DNA of 19,021 nucleotides from a virus (Duplodnaviria; Heunggongvirae; Uroviricota; Caudoviricetes): IMG/VR virus record IMGVR_UViG_2529292882_000013; one strand, 5' to 3'. Shown piece by piece: positions 9,467 to 17,818 of this stretch (position 1 is its first letter; each line of letters starts with the position of its first letter). The notes under the pieces were generated by a model. It saw only the letters and a program-made list of their open reading frames with translations, ran no database searches and was not told where the DNA came from. The position numbers and the translations under genes were made by a program.

Positions 9467-10338
9467 ATGAATCCGTCTGATGCCATTGAGGCAATTGAAA
9501 AACCGCTCTCCTCCCTGCCTTACTCACTTTCCCGTCACATCCTGGAACATCTGCGCAAACTCACCAGTCACGAACCCGTGCCTGGCATTATGGGTAAAAG
9601 CGGGCCCGTAAATCCTCACTCTGTAATGCGCTGTTTCAGGGGGAGGTCACCCCGGTCAGTGATGTTCACGCCGGCACCCGGGAAGTGCAGCGCTTCCGTC
9701 TGAATGGCCATGGTCACAGCATGGTTATCACTGACCTGCCCGGGGTGGGCGAGAGTCGGGACAGGGATGCAGAGTATGAAGCCCTGTACCGTGACATTCT
9801 GCTCGAACTGGACCTGGTACTGTGGCTGATTAAAGCCGATGACCGTGCCCTGTCTGTGGATGAGTATTTCTGGCGACACATCCTGCACCGGGGACATCAG
9901 CGGGTACTGTTTGTGGTGATGCAGGCCGATAAAACGGAGCCCTGCCATGAATGGGATATGGCCGGTATTCAGCCTTCTCCCGCAGAGGCACAGAACATTC
10001 GCGAAAAAACGGAGGCGGTATTCCGTCTGTTCCGGCCCGTACATCGGGTTGTTGCCGTATCGGCCCGCACCGGCTGGGAACTGGATACGCTGGTCAGTGC
10101 GCTCATGACAGCACTTCCCGACCATGCCGCCAGTCCCCTGATGACCCGCCTGCAGGACGAGCTGCGCACGGAGTCTGTCCGGTCTCAGGCCCGTGAACAG
10201 TTTACCGGTGCGGTGGACCGGATATTTGACACGGCGGAGAGCGTCTGCATTGCCTCTGTTGCACGCACGGTTCTGCGCGCCGTCCGTGACTCTGTGGTCT
10301 CTGTTGCCCGCGCGGTATGGAACTGGATTTTCTTCTGA
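9467..10338 (+). pseudogene. YeeP/YfjP/YkfA-family prophage GTPase, disrupted by a frameshift inside the P-loop
   Basis: The frame from 9467 reads ...VPGIMGKSG then leaves the family sequence and stops at 9701-9703. The alternative frame, open from 9598, reads KSSLCNALFQGEV...ITDLPGVGE...WNWIFF to 10338. The frameshift maps to about 9602..9612 (gggcccgtaaat). Confidence 0.7.
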
Positions 10339-10454
10339 ACCCGGTGGTGATGTACCAGGCTGTTGTTACAGATTTTTAACTCCATGAAAACACTATGCAA
10401 ACGCAGCCATACCCGGGTTGTCCCCTTGCGTTGTGTTTCTCAAGTTAATAGAAT

Positions 10455-10516
10455 ACATCGATCGTTACTATCATATCGATCGTTACTATCATATCGATCG
10501 TTATAAACGATCGTTT
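10455..10516. repeat. Three tandem 18-bp direct repeats (a[c/t]atcgatcgttactatc) followed by the 12-bp perfect palindrome aaacgatcgttt
   Basis: Directly visible: 10455..10472, 10473..10490, 10491..10508 (third copy degenerate), palindrome 10504..10515; lies 60-120 bp upstream of the 10574 start codon. Confidence 0.8.
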
Positions 10517-10573
10517 GTAGTAAATGACCTCCTCCGTGGTTGTCATGAAAATGCGTCTTAGGAAGGTTAAATA

Positions 10574-12970
10574 ATGCACGAAAAGAACATCGCCCTGCTT
10601 TGTGATGAAGCCGACCGACTTTTGCAACTGAACATTAATCTGCTCCGGCAAATGGTTGAGGAGCCAGATGTGTTATCTGACAGTAAGAACGAAAACAGAC
10701 TGCTTTTTGATAAACAGAAAGCACTGAAAAGAATTGAGGAGCTGGAGGGCGAACAAATCAAAACCGCCCGCAGGGAGATGGTGCTGGCTGTTGTCGGCAC
10801 GATGAAAGCAGGCAAATCAACCACCATCAACGCCATTGTGGGGCAGGAAATTCTGCCTAACCGTAACCGCCCCATGACCTCTGTACCGACGCTCATCCGC
10901 CACGTTCCCGGAAAAACTGAGCCGGTTCTCCATCTGGAACATATTCAGCCTGTCCGCAATTTATTAATCACACTGCAGGAAAAACTCGCCACCCCGGCAG
11001 GACAGCAGGTCGCACAGACCCTGCAGCAAACCGGGGATACCCGCGAACTGCTGGATATTCTGACGGATGATGGCTGGCTCAAAAATGAATACCACGGGGA
11101 GGAGGAAATCTTTACCGGACTGGCATCGTTAAACGATCTGGTTCGTCTTGCTGCGGCAATGGGGACTGAATTTCCTTTTGATGAATACGCAGAAGTGCAG
11201 AAACTGCCGGTGATCGACGTGGAATTCAGCCATCTGGTGGGGATGGATGCATGCCAGGGAACACTCACACTGCTGGATACCCCCGGCCCTAATGAGGCCG
11301 GACAACCGCAGATGGAAGTGATGATGCGGGATCAACTGCAGAAAGCCTCTGCGGTTCTGGCTGTGATGGATTACACCCAGATGAACTCAAAAGCGGATGA
11401 AGACGTCCGTAAAGAGCTTAATGCCATTGCTGACGTATCAGCCGGCCGCCTGTTTGTACTGGTCAATAAATTTGATGAGAAAGACCGCAATGGCGATGGG
11501 GCAGATGCCGTACGCCAGAAAGTTCCGGCAATGCTGAACAGCGATGTGCTGCCCGCCTCCCGCGTTTATCCCGGATCCTCACGCCAGGCATACCTGGCTA
11601 ACCGTGCGCTTCATGAGTTACGGAAAAACGGAACCCTTCCTGTTGATGAAGCCTGGGTCGATGATTTTATCAGAGGTGCCTTCGGTTGCATGAAAAAAGA
11701 ATACGTCTGTAAAGACAGTGAACTGGCAACTGAAGGGGCGACAGACCTGTGGGAAGGCTCACTTATCGATCAACTGATAACGGAAGTCATACAGAGCTCA
11801 CATTCCAGAGCTGCGGCACTGGCGGTTGACTCTGCCGCCGCAAAACTGATGCAGAATGCAGAAAATATCAGTGAATACCTGTTGTTACGCCATCAGGGGC
11901 TACAGCAAAGCATTCAGTCACTGCAGTCGCATATCACCAGCCTGCTTGCGGATATCCGGGAAATCGCGGACTGTCAGGAGCAGATGACCACTGATGTCAG
12001 AATGGCCATGGAGGAGATCGATACTAAAACCCGGGAATTACTGACGGGGGTCTGCACCTCACTGGAAGAGGAGCTGAATGACTATTTCAGAAGCGGTAAA
12101 CGCAAAGAACAGCAAATGCTGGAGGAAGAAGACGCAGAACAACGAAGGTCTCAGTCCGGATTATGGGGGAAAATTTCTCAATGGTCCGGTATCAACAACC
12201 AGGGCCGGGAGGATTACAGGAAACGAGATTTTGCCCCGGACAGCCCCGAAATAAAATTCAGTGATCGCAGGGAAGCCCTTGAACTGATGACGCAAATCGA
12301 ATCGACCGTGACCAGCCTGCACCGTGAGGCTGAAGCACAGTTCCGGCCTGAGCTGGAGAAAATCGTCAGCGGGATTGAAACAGGTTTTCGTGGCACGGCC
12401 CTGTACGCCACAGAAAACATTGCCGGTCGCATCAATGCCCGCCTGGAGGATGAGGGCTTTACCGTAAAAATCAGTTTTCCGGCAGTCAGCCAGTTACAGA
12501 CCCGGCTCGCGGTAAAAATAAATCTGAGTGCGCTTATGGAGGAAAGAACGGAGACCGTCACCCGTCGCCGTCGGCAGAGTGGCGTATGGGGAACCGTTTG
12601 TCGATGGTTTGGCACCAGTGACCTGGGCTGGGAAAACTATGACGAGGATGTGAGTCGCAGCGTGATCAATATCAACAAGGTCAGAGAGGAAGTTATGTCA
12701 CTGACCCGGGCATATTTCGGGGAGCTGCAGGCATCCATTGAGCAGGATATTAACCAGCCCGTCCGCCAGGAAATCGATGCCTTTTTCTGCGCATTCAGGG
12801 AGAAAGTTGAACAACTGCGTAACACGCTGATTCAGAGCTCTGAAGATCATAAACGCGATCAGCAGGCGCAGGAACGACTTACCGGGCGACTTCAGGCATT
12901 AAATGAAAGGGTTCCTGAGCTCATTACTGACAGTAAGGCGCTGAGGGAAGAGCTGGAGACAATGCTGTGA
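10574..12970 (+). CDS. Dynamin-like large GTPase (798 aa) with long helical C-terminal region
   Basis: RBS AGGAAGG 8 nt upstream; G1 GTMKAGKST (around residues 76-83), G3 LLDTPGPNE, G4 LVNKFDE; remainder is charged and helix-prone. Confidence 0.8.
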   Translation: MHEKNIALLCDEADRLLQLNINLLRQMVEEPDVLSDSKNENRLLFDKQKALKRIEELEGEQIKTARREMVLAVVGTMKAGKSTTINAIVGQEILPNRNRPMTSVPTLIRHVPGKTEPVLHLEHIQPVRNLLITLQEKLATPAGQQVAQTLQQTGDTRELLDILTDDGWLKNEYHGEEEIFTGLASLNDLVRLAAAMGTEFPFDEYAEVQKLPVIDVEFSHLVGMDACQGTLTLLDTPGPNEAGQPQMEVMMRDQLQKASAVLAVMDYTQMNSKADEDVRKELNAIADVSAGRLFVLVNKFDEKDRNGDGADAVRQKVPAMLNSDVLPASRVYPGSSRQAYLANRALHELRKNGTLPVDEAWVDDFIRGAFGCMKKEYVCKDSELATEGATDLWEGSLIDQLITEVIQSSHSRAAALAVDSAAAKLMQNAENISEYLLLRHQGLQQSIQSLQSHITSLLADIREIADCQEQMTTDVRMAMEEIDTKTRELLTGVCTSLEEELNDYFRSGKRKEQQMLEEEDAEQRRSQSGLWGKISQWSGINNQGREDYRKRDFAPDSPEIKFSDRREALELMTQIESTVTSLHREAEAQFRPELEKIVSGIETGFRGTALYATENIAGRINARLEDEGFTVKISFPAVSQLQTRLAVKINLSALMEERTETVTRRRRQSGVWGTVCRWFGTSDLGWENYDEDVSRSVININKVREEVMSLTRAYFGELQASIEQDINQPVRQEIDAFFCAFREKVEQLRNTLIQSSEDHKRDQQAQERLTGRLQALNERVPELITDSKALREELETML

Positions 12971-13872
12971 CTTCACCATTTATTCAACAAATTGCTGATA
13001 ACCGGGTATGTCAGGTACTCACCTGTCTTCCTGAAAAATTTGTGGTTGATTTCGCAAACGGAATCGATGTTGCACAGGAGCATATCCGCACGGCCGGAGA
13101 GCGCACGTTCTTCCGGCGTTTAAAAGAGGGGCTGACCGGCGAAGGCGCTGCACGGCAGAATGCCATCAATGCGTCGCTTGCACAGGGCGTTGAGGCGTCC
13201 CTGCGCTGGCTGACGGAGATGACAACGTCACTTGCCACCACAAACTACGCGATTACCCAGGTAAACGACAGGGTCAGTTCACTGGTCAGTGATACAGCCA
13301 GGCTGGCGCATTATTCCGCAGATACGCGGGAGCAGTTACTCACCCTGGCCGATCAGGTTCACCATAAACTGAATCATCTTGAAGAAAAACTCCACCGTGT
13401 TGACCAGGTTCAGCGGGCGCAGTTACATCTTGAGCAGATATTCTCATGGTGGAGCGCCGGGCGATATGCGTCATTTTCCCCTGCCGGACGTTGTTATGTG
13501 GCACTTGAAGAGCTTCGCTGGGGCGCGTTTGGTGATGTGATACGTCAGAGCGAAACAGGCCAGGTTAACCAGCTACTGGATATTCTCAGACATAAAGCAT
13601 TAACGCAGATGGCACAGGAGAGTGGCGGTAGTGCAACCGTGCGTCTGAACACTCTGGACTGGCTTGGTGGTCAGGGCCGGGAGCAGGCAGATAACGAGTG
13701 GCATGACGCGATTAACTGGCTGGGAGACTGGTGCAGTGAAGAGCAGCATCCGGTGATCTGGTCAACCACGCAGGCTGCAGAACACTTACCGGTTCGCATG
13801 CCTCGCCTCTGCTCTGCAGAACGCCTCTCTGAAAGTATGGTCGATGAAATATTTCAGAAGGGGGCTGCATGA
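12967..13872 (+). CDS. Hypothetical helical/coiled-coil protein (301 aa), translationally coupled middle gene of the operon
   Basis: GTG start overlaps the upstream stop (GTGA) and its stop overlaps the next start (ATGA); no recognisable catalytic motif. Confidence 0.6.
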   Translation: MTSPFIQQIADNRVCQVLTCLPEKFVVDFANGIDVAQEHIRTAGERTFFRRLKEGLTGEGAARQNAINASLAQGVEASLRWLTEMTTSLATTNYAITQVNDRVSSLVSDTARLAHYSADTREQLLTLADQVHHKLNHLEEKLHRVDQVQRAQLHLEQIFSWWSAGRYASFSPAGRCYVALEELRWGAFGDVIRQSETGQVNQLLDILRHKALTQMAQESGGSATVRLNTLDWLGGQGREQADNEWHDAINWLGDWCSEEQHPVIWSTTQAAEHLPVRMPRLCSAERLSESMVDEIFQKGAA

Positions 13873-14939
13873 GTACAGAAATGAAAACGGGGCTGGTGCT
13901 GTCCGGTGGCGGGGCGGTGGGCGCTTATCAGGCGGGAGTGGTTAAGGCACTGGCAGAGTGTGGTACACAGATCAGCATGGTTTCAGGGGCCAGCATTGGC
14001 GCATTCAATGGTGCCATTATCGCGGCCTCTCCCGATCTGTCAGAAGCTGCCGTACGCCTGGAGGCGCTCTGGGATCATCTGGGGAATAATCAGGTGCTGT
14101 CGGTAAACAGATTGGTTTACTTTTCATTGCTGAAAAAATTGTTCCAGGCAATGAACCTCTGCCAGATCCCCGGACGTGCAGGAGCACTGCTTACGACGCT
14201 TCTTCGCCATATATCGACAATCAACGGGTTTGACAATCTGATGGCTCAGCCGTTGTTGTCAGATGAGCCCCTGACAGCGCTGATGGATCATTATCTTGAT
14301 ACTGATGCTCTGGCAGACGGGCTACCGCTGTATGTGTCGCTGTACCCCACAGAAGGGGGCATGCAGGATATTATTGACTGCATTCGTGCTGAACTGGGTG
14401 TCGGAACCACGAAAAACGCCGTTTTTCAGCATATCCAGAGCCTGCCCCGCGGACAGCAGAAAGAGGCTCTGCTTGCGTCAGCCGCGCTGCCCCTGCTGTT
14501 CCGTCCCCGTGAGGTTCAGGGGACAATGTTCGGTGATGGTGGTATGGGAGGATGGCGAAATATGCAGGGAAATACCCCTGTGACGCCTCTGGTCGATGCC
14601 GGATGCAATATGGTGATTGTGACGCATCTGAGTGACGGTTCTTTATGGGATCGCCAGGCTTTTCCGGACACCACAATCCTTGAGATCCGTCCCCGGAAAA
14701 GGCTGAAATATGCAGGTGATGGTGGCAACAGCGGCGGTCTGCTCAGTTTTACATCGGCACATACCGACGCCTGGCGTCAGCAGGGCTATGAAGACACGAT
14801 GCTGGCGATGGAGCATATCCGGAAACCGCTGGCAGCACGTCAGGCACTGACCCGGTCAGAGGCGGTATTGCAGAAAAGCCTGGATATAACGGAAGAGGCA
14901 GATTTGGCACTGAGAAACGCGATGGCCCGGATTAAATAA
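13869..14939 (+). CDS. Patatin-like phospholipase (356 aa)
   Basis: Oxyanion-hole motif LSGGGAVGAYQAG (residues 12-23), GxSxG nucleophile motif GASIG with Ser42 (codon 13992..13994), downstream DGG motif (MFGDGGM); ATGA start/stop overlap with the upstream gene. Confidence 0.8.
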   Translation: MSTEMKTGLVLSGGGAVGAYQAGVVKALAECGTQISMVSGASIGAFNGAIIAASPDLSEAAVRLEALWDHLGNNQVLSVNRLVYFSLLKKLFQAMNLCQIPGRAGALLTTLLRHISTINGFDNLMAQPLLSDEPLTALMDHYLDTDALADGLPLYVSLYPTEGGMQDIIDCIRAELGVGTTKNAVFQHIQSLPRGQQKEALLASAALPLLFRPREVQGTMFGDGGMGGWRNMQGNTPVTPLVDAGCNMVIVTHLSDGSLWDRQAFPDTTILEIRPRKRLKYAGDGGNSGGLLSFTSAHTDAWRQQGYEDTMLAMEHIRKPLAARQALTRSEAVLQKSLDITEEADLALRNAMARIK

Positions 14940-15269
14940 AGACGCCCCAAAGAAACGCCACCGCCTGTGGTGGTGTTTTTCCTGTCTGGTGTTATTGAAA
15001 ATATTTTCAGATATATATTACCTGAGAGAAAGTTTTACCCCTCACCTGTCAATTCACTCACTGGAAATTTAATTATGAAATTACCTGTAAAGTTATTAAT
15101 GAGCCTTATATCTCTGGTCAGCGTTATTGCACGTGCCGGGGAATATAAAAATTACAGCCGGGATGAAATAAAATACTGGCGATATACATCATACAAGGGG
15201 GGGAAACTTCCGGAAGGTTTCACTGATGAGAAATTTTCCAGCGCCATTTACAACGGAAGAATATTTACA

Positions 15270-15758
15270 ATGAAACGTTTACATACCCTTATGTTATTTC
15301 TGGCGGTTCTGTTCACGGGCTTTAACTTTAACGCAGAAGCGGCTACCGTAAAACAAGCTCTTAGTTGTAACCCGGAAGCCTGGGCTGAACAACCTGGAGC
15401 GTGTCCATCAACGTACGAGTTGTACGAAGGTGACGCTACCTACAAAGCCGCTATCGACAAAGCATTAAAACCGGTCGGACTGAGCGGCATGTTCGGTAAA
15501 GGCGGCTATATGGATGGCCCTGGTGGAGGTATCACGCCAGTAAACATTAACGGTACAGTCTGGTTCCAGGGCGACGGTTGCAAAGCCAATACCTGCGGCT
15601 GGGACTTTATCGTAACACTCTATAACCCAAAAACCCATGAAGTTGTTGGCTACCGTTACTTTGGTTTAGATGACCCGGCCTACCTGGTTTGGTTCGGTGA
15701 AATTGGCGTGCATGAATTCGCGTATCTGGTGAAAAACTACGTAGCTGCGGTTAACTAA
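15270..15758 (+). CDS. Small secreted 4-Cys protein, tentatively Ivy-like (lysozyme-inhibitor-like fold)
   Basis: Signal peptide MKRLHTLMLFLAVLFTGFNFNAEA; the motif GCKANTCGWDFIV resembles the Ivy loop region CKPHDCG plus following beta-strand. The same frame is open upstream to 14967 with an earlier ATG at 15075 (MKLPVKLLMSLISLVSVIARA), so the start is uncertain. AT-rich relative to surroundings. Confidence 0.55.
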   Translation: MKRLHTLMLFLAVLFTGFNFNAEAATVKQALSCNPEAWAEQPGACPSTYELYEGDATYKAAIDKALKPVGLSGMFGKGGYMDGPGGGITPVNINGTVWFQGDGCKANTCGWDFIVTLYNPKTHEVVGYRYFGLDDPAYLVWFGEIGVHEFAYLVKNYVAAVN

Positions 15759-15773
15759 TTTAAGGAGTCTATC

Positions 15774-16184
15774 ATGAAAACTTTTATCAAAACTTTACTC
15801 GTTGCTGTAACTATTCTGTTCTCTGTCTTCGCTACTGCGAAACAAGTAAAACTGCCAAATAACATCAAATACGTTAATACTACAGAAGCGTTTTCCTGTA
15901 CCGAAATTGACGGTATGAATTGCCAGACAAAGAATCAGTTCAACTATAAAGATAACAGCTATGTTTTCGTGCTTGAACGTGGTGGTGCCTGGTGCTACGA
16001 CTACACTGTCTCGGTAGTTAACCTGAAAACCGGGAAAGCACAAATGATTGAATACGGGGACAATCAACTGTGCTCAGGTAGCAACAAACCGTTCTTCGAA
16101 ATCAAAAATGGCGTACCGACGGTAGGAGTCATCGACACATCCGGAAAACCTGTCGTTGTAGCCCAGGACAAACTTAAAATCTAA
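15774..16184 (+). CDS. Small secreted 4-Cys protein of unknown function (136 aa)
   Basis: RBS AAGGAG 7 nt upstream; signal peptide MKTFIKTLLVAVTILFSVFATA; 15 nt downstream of the previous gene. Confidence 0.65.
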   Translation: MKTFIKTLLVAVTILFSVFATAKQVKLPNNIKYVNTTEAFSCTEIDGMNCQTKNQFNYKDNSYVFVLERGGAWCYDYTVSVVNLKTGKAQMIEYGDNQLCSGSNKPFFEIKNGVPTVGVIDTSGKPVVVAQDKLKI

Positions 16185-16327
16185 GGAGTAAACCATGCGT
16201 TTCTCTGCACATTATTAATATCAAAGGTAAATACAGCCCCAGCCATTGTTACCGGAAAGCCGCTTAATGCGTGGCTCGCCAGTGAAAGGCCTCTCAGACA
16301 ATAAACCTTATTCATTTCACCCGTCAG

Positions 16328-16359
16328 GCCGCGTCTTCTCCGGGAGACGCGGCTTTTTT
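16328..16359 (+). terminator. Rho-independent terminator
   Basis: Perfect 9-bp stem gccgcgtct / agacgcggc with 8-nt loop, followed by tttttt. Confidence 0.75.
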
Positions 16360-16404
16360 CATTTATTGCACCAGTAAATCTTAACCACCGATAAGGAGCA
16401 AAGT

Positions 16405-17226
16405 ATGCGATTAGCAAGTCGTTTTGGTTATGCTGCAAACCAGATACGCCGTGACCGTCCGCTGACACATGAAGAACTGATACGCCATGTACCCAGTATT
16501 TTTGGGGAAGACCGGCACACCTCCCGCAGTGAACGGTATGCGTACATTCCCACCATTACCGTCCTGGAAAATCTGCAGCGGGAAGGCTTTCAGCCGTTCT
16601 TCGCCTGCCAGACCCGTGTGCGCGACCCGGGCCGCCGGGGATACACAAAACACATGCTGCGTCTGCGGCGGGCCGGAGAGATAAACGGAGAACATGTCCC
16701 TGAAATTATTCTGCTCAACTCTCATGACGGTACCTCCAGCTACCAGATGCTGCCGGGTTACTTCAGGTTCGTCTGCCAGAACGGGTGCGTCTGTGGCCAG
16801 TCTCTGGGGGAAGTACGTGTTCCGCACCGGGGAAATGTGGTGGACAGAGTCATTGAAGGGGCTTACGAGGTGGTGGGCGTGTTTGACCGGATAGAGGAGA
16901 AGCGTGATGCCATGCAGTCGCTGGTCCTGCCGCCACCGGCACGCCAGGCGCTGGCACAGGCGGCACTGACTTACCGTTATGGTGACGAACATCAGCCCGT
17001 CACCACCGCCGACATTCTGACGCCGCGACGCCGGGAGGATTACGGTAAGGACCTGTGGAGCGCATATCAGACCATCCAGGAGAATATGCTGAAAGGCGGG
17101 ATTTCCGGTCGCAGTGCAAAAGGAAAACGTATCCATACCCGGGCCATTCACAGCATCGATACCGACATTAAGCTCAACCGGGCGTTGTGGGTGATGGCAG
17201 AAACGCTGCTGGAGAGCATGCGCTGA
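16405..17226 (+). CDS. DUF932-family protein (YfjQ-like) of CP4-type islands
   Basis: RBS AAGGAG; 273-aa ORF whose sequence and position ahead of the antirestriction/RadC block match what I recall of this family. Confidence 0.7.
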   Translation: MRLASRFGYAANQIRRDRPLTHEELIRHVPSIFGEDRHTSRSERYAYIPTITVLENLQREGFQPFFACQTRVRDPGRRGYTKHMLRLRRAGEINGEHVPEIILLNSHDGTSSYQMLPGYFRFVCQNGCVCGQSLGEVRVPHRGNVVDRVIEGAYEVVGVFDRIEEKRDAMQSLVLPPPARQALAQAALTYRYGDEHQPVTTADILTPRRREDYGKDLWSAYQTIQENMLKGGISGRSAKGKRIHTRAIHSIDTDIKLNRALWVMAETLLESMR

Positions 17227-17317
17227 TGCTGTTTCCCTGAAAGTGCAGCCCTGACTCACGTCTGTACCAGTCCCCAGGCATTCTTCCATTCATTTACTTT
17301 TTATAAGGAATCATCTC

Positions 17318-17803
17318 ATGACAACCTTTTCGCATAGCTCCACCACACCTTCTGTTTCCGTAACTACTGCATCAGGGAATAACCAGTCTCAACTGGTTGC
17401 CACTCCCGTCCCTGATGAACAGCGCATCAGCTTCTGGCCGCAGCACTTTGGCCTCATTCCACAGTGGGTGACCCTGGAGCCCCGTGTCTTCGGCTGGATG
17501 GACCGTCTGTGTGAAGACTACTGCGGTGGTATCTGGAATCTGTACACCCTGAACAACGGCGGGGCATTTATGGCACCCGAACCGGATGACGATGATGACG
17601 AAACATGGGTACTGTTCAATGCCATGAACGGTAACCGCGCAGAAATGAGCCCGGAAGCCGCCGGTATTGCCGCCTGTCTGATGACGTACAGTCATCATGC
17701 CTGTCGTACGGAGAATTATGCCATGACGGTCCATTATTACCGGTTGCGGGATTACGCCCTGCAGCATCCGGAATGCAGCGCCATTATGCGCATCATCGAC
17801 TGA
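17318..17803 (+). CDS. Antirestriction protein (ArdB/KlcA-like; YfjX/YafX family)
   Basis: 161 aa with acidic stretch PEPDDDDDETW; RBS AAGGA; conserved position upstream of the RadC-like gene. Confidence 0.75.
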   Translation: MTTFSHSSTTPSVSVTTASGNNQSQLVATPVPDEQRISFWPQHFGLIPQWVTLEPRVFGWMDRLCEDYCGGIWNLYTLNNGGAFMAPEPDDDDDETWVLFNAMNGNRAEMSPEAAGIAACLMTYSHHACRTENYAMTVHYYRLRDYALQHPECSAIMRIID

Positions 17804-17818
17804 ATGGAGAGAAGCACA

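Noticed and set aside
9616-10196. ORFs 9616..10125 (-), 9951..10196 (+) and 9969..10169 (-)
   Set aside because: Overlap the GTPase pseudogene in antisense or alternative frames; GC-rich shadow ORFs.
10455-10516. Possible CRISPR array
   Set aside because: Repeats are directly adjacent with no spacers, only three copies, and only 18 bp long.
10445-10651. 68-aa minus-strand ORF with repeated TIDMIV peptide
   Set aside because: Artefact of translating the 18-bp tandem DNA repeats; it overlaps the dynamin gene start.
10567-12615. Minus-strand ORFs 10567..10896, 10945..11268, 11129..11335 and 12214..12615
   Set aside because: All antisense within the 798-aa dynamin-like gene, which has canonical GTPase motifs.
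10574-12970. Identification of the dynamin-like protein as LeoA of the Eleos system
   Set aside because: I cannot verify sequence similarity from memory, and the gene content here (single dynamin-like protein plus patatin) differs from LeoA/LeoBC.
14956-14980. Possible terminator after the patatin gene (ccacc...ggtgg followed by tgttttt)
   Set aside because: Stem is only about 5 bp; too weak to call.
16411-17289. 292-aa ORF on the minus strand
   Set aside because: Lies entirely antisense to the DUF932 gene, which has an RBS and family resemblance; typical shadow ORF in GC-rich coding DNA.
17804-17818. Upstream ATG at 17804 as start of the RadC-like gene
   Set aside because: No RBS and it directly abuts the preceding stop; the ATG at 17819 has a GGAGAG RBS at proper spacing.
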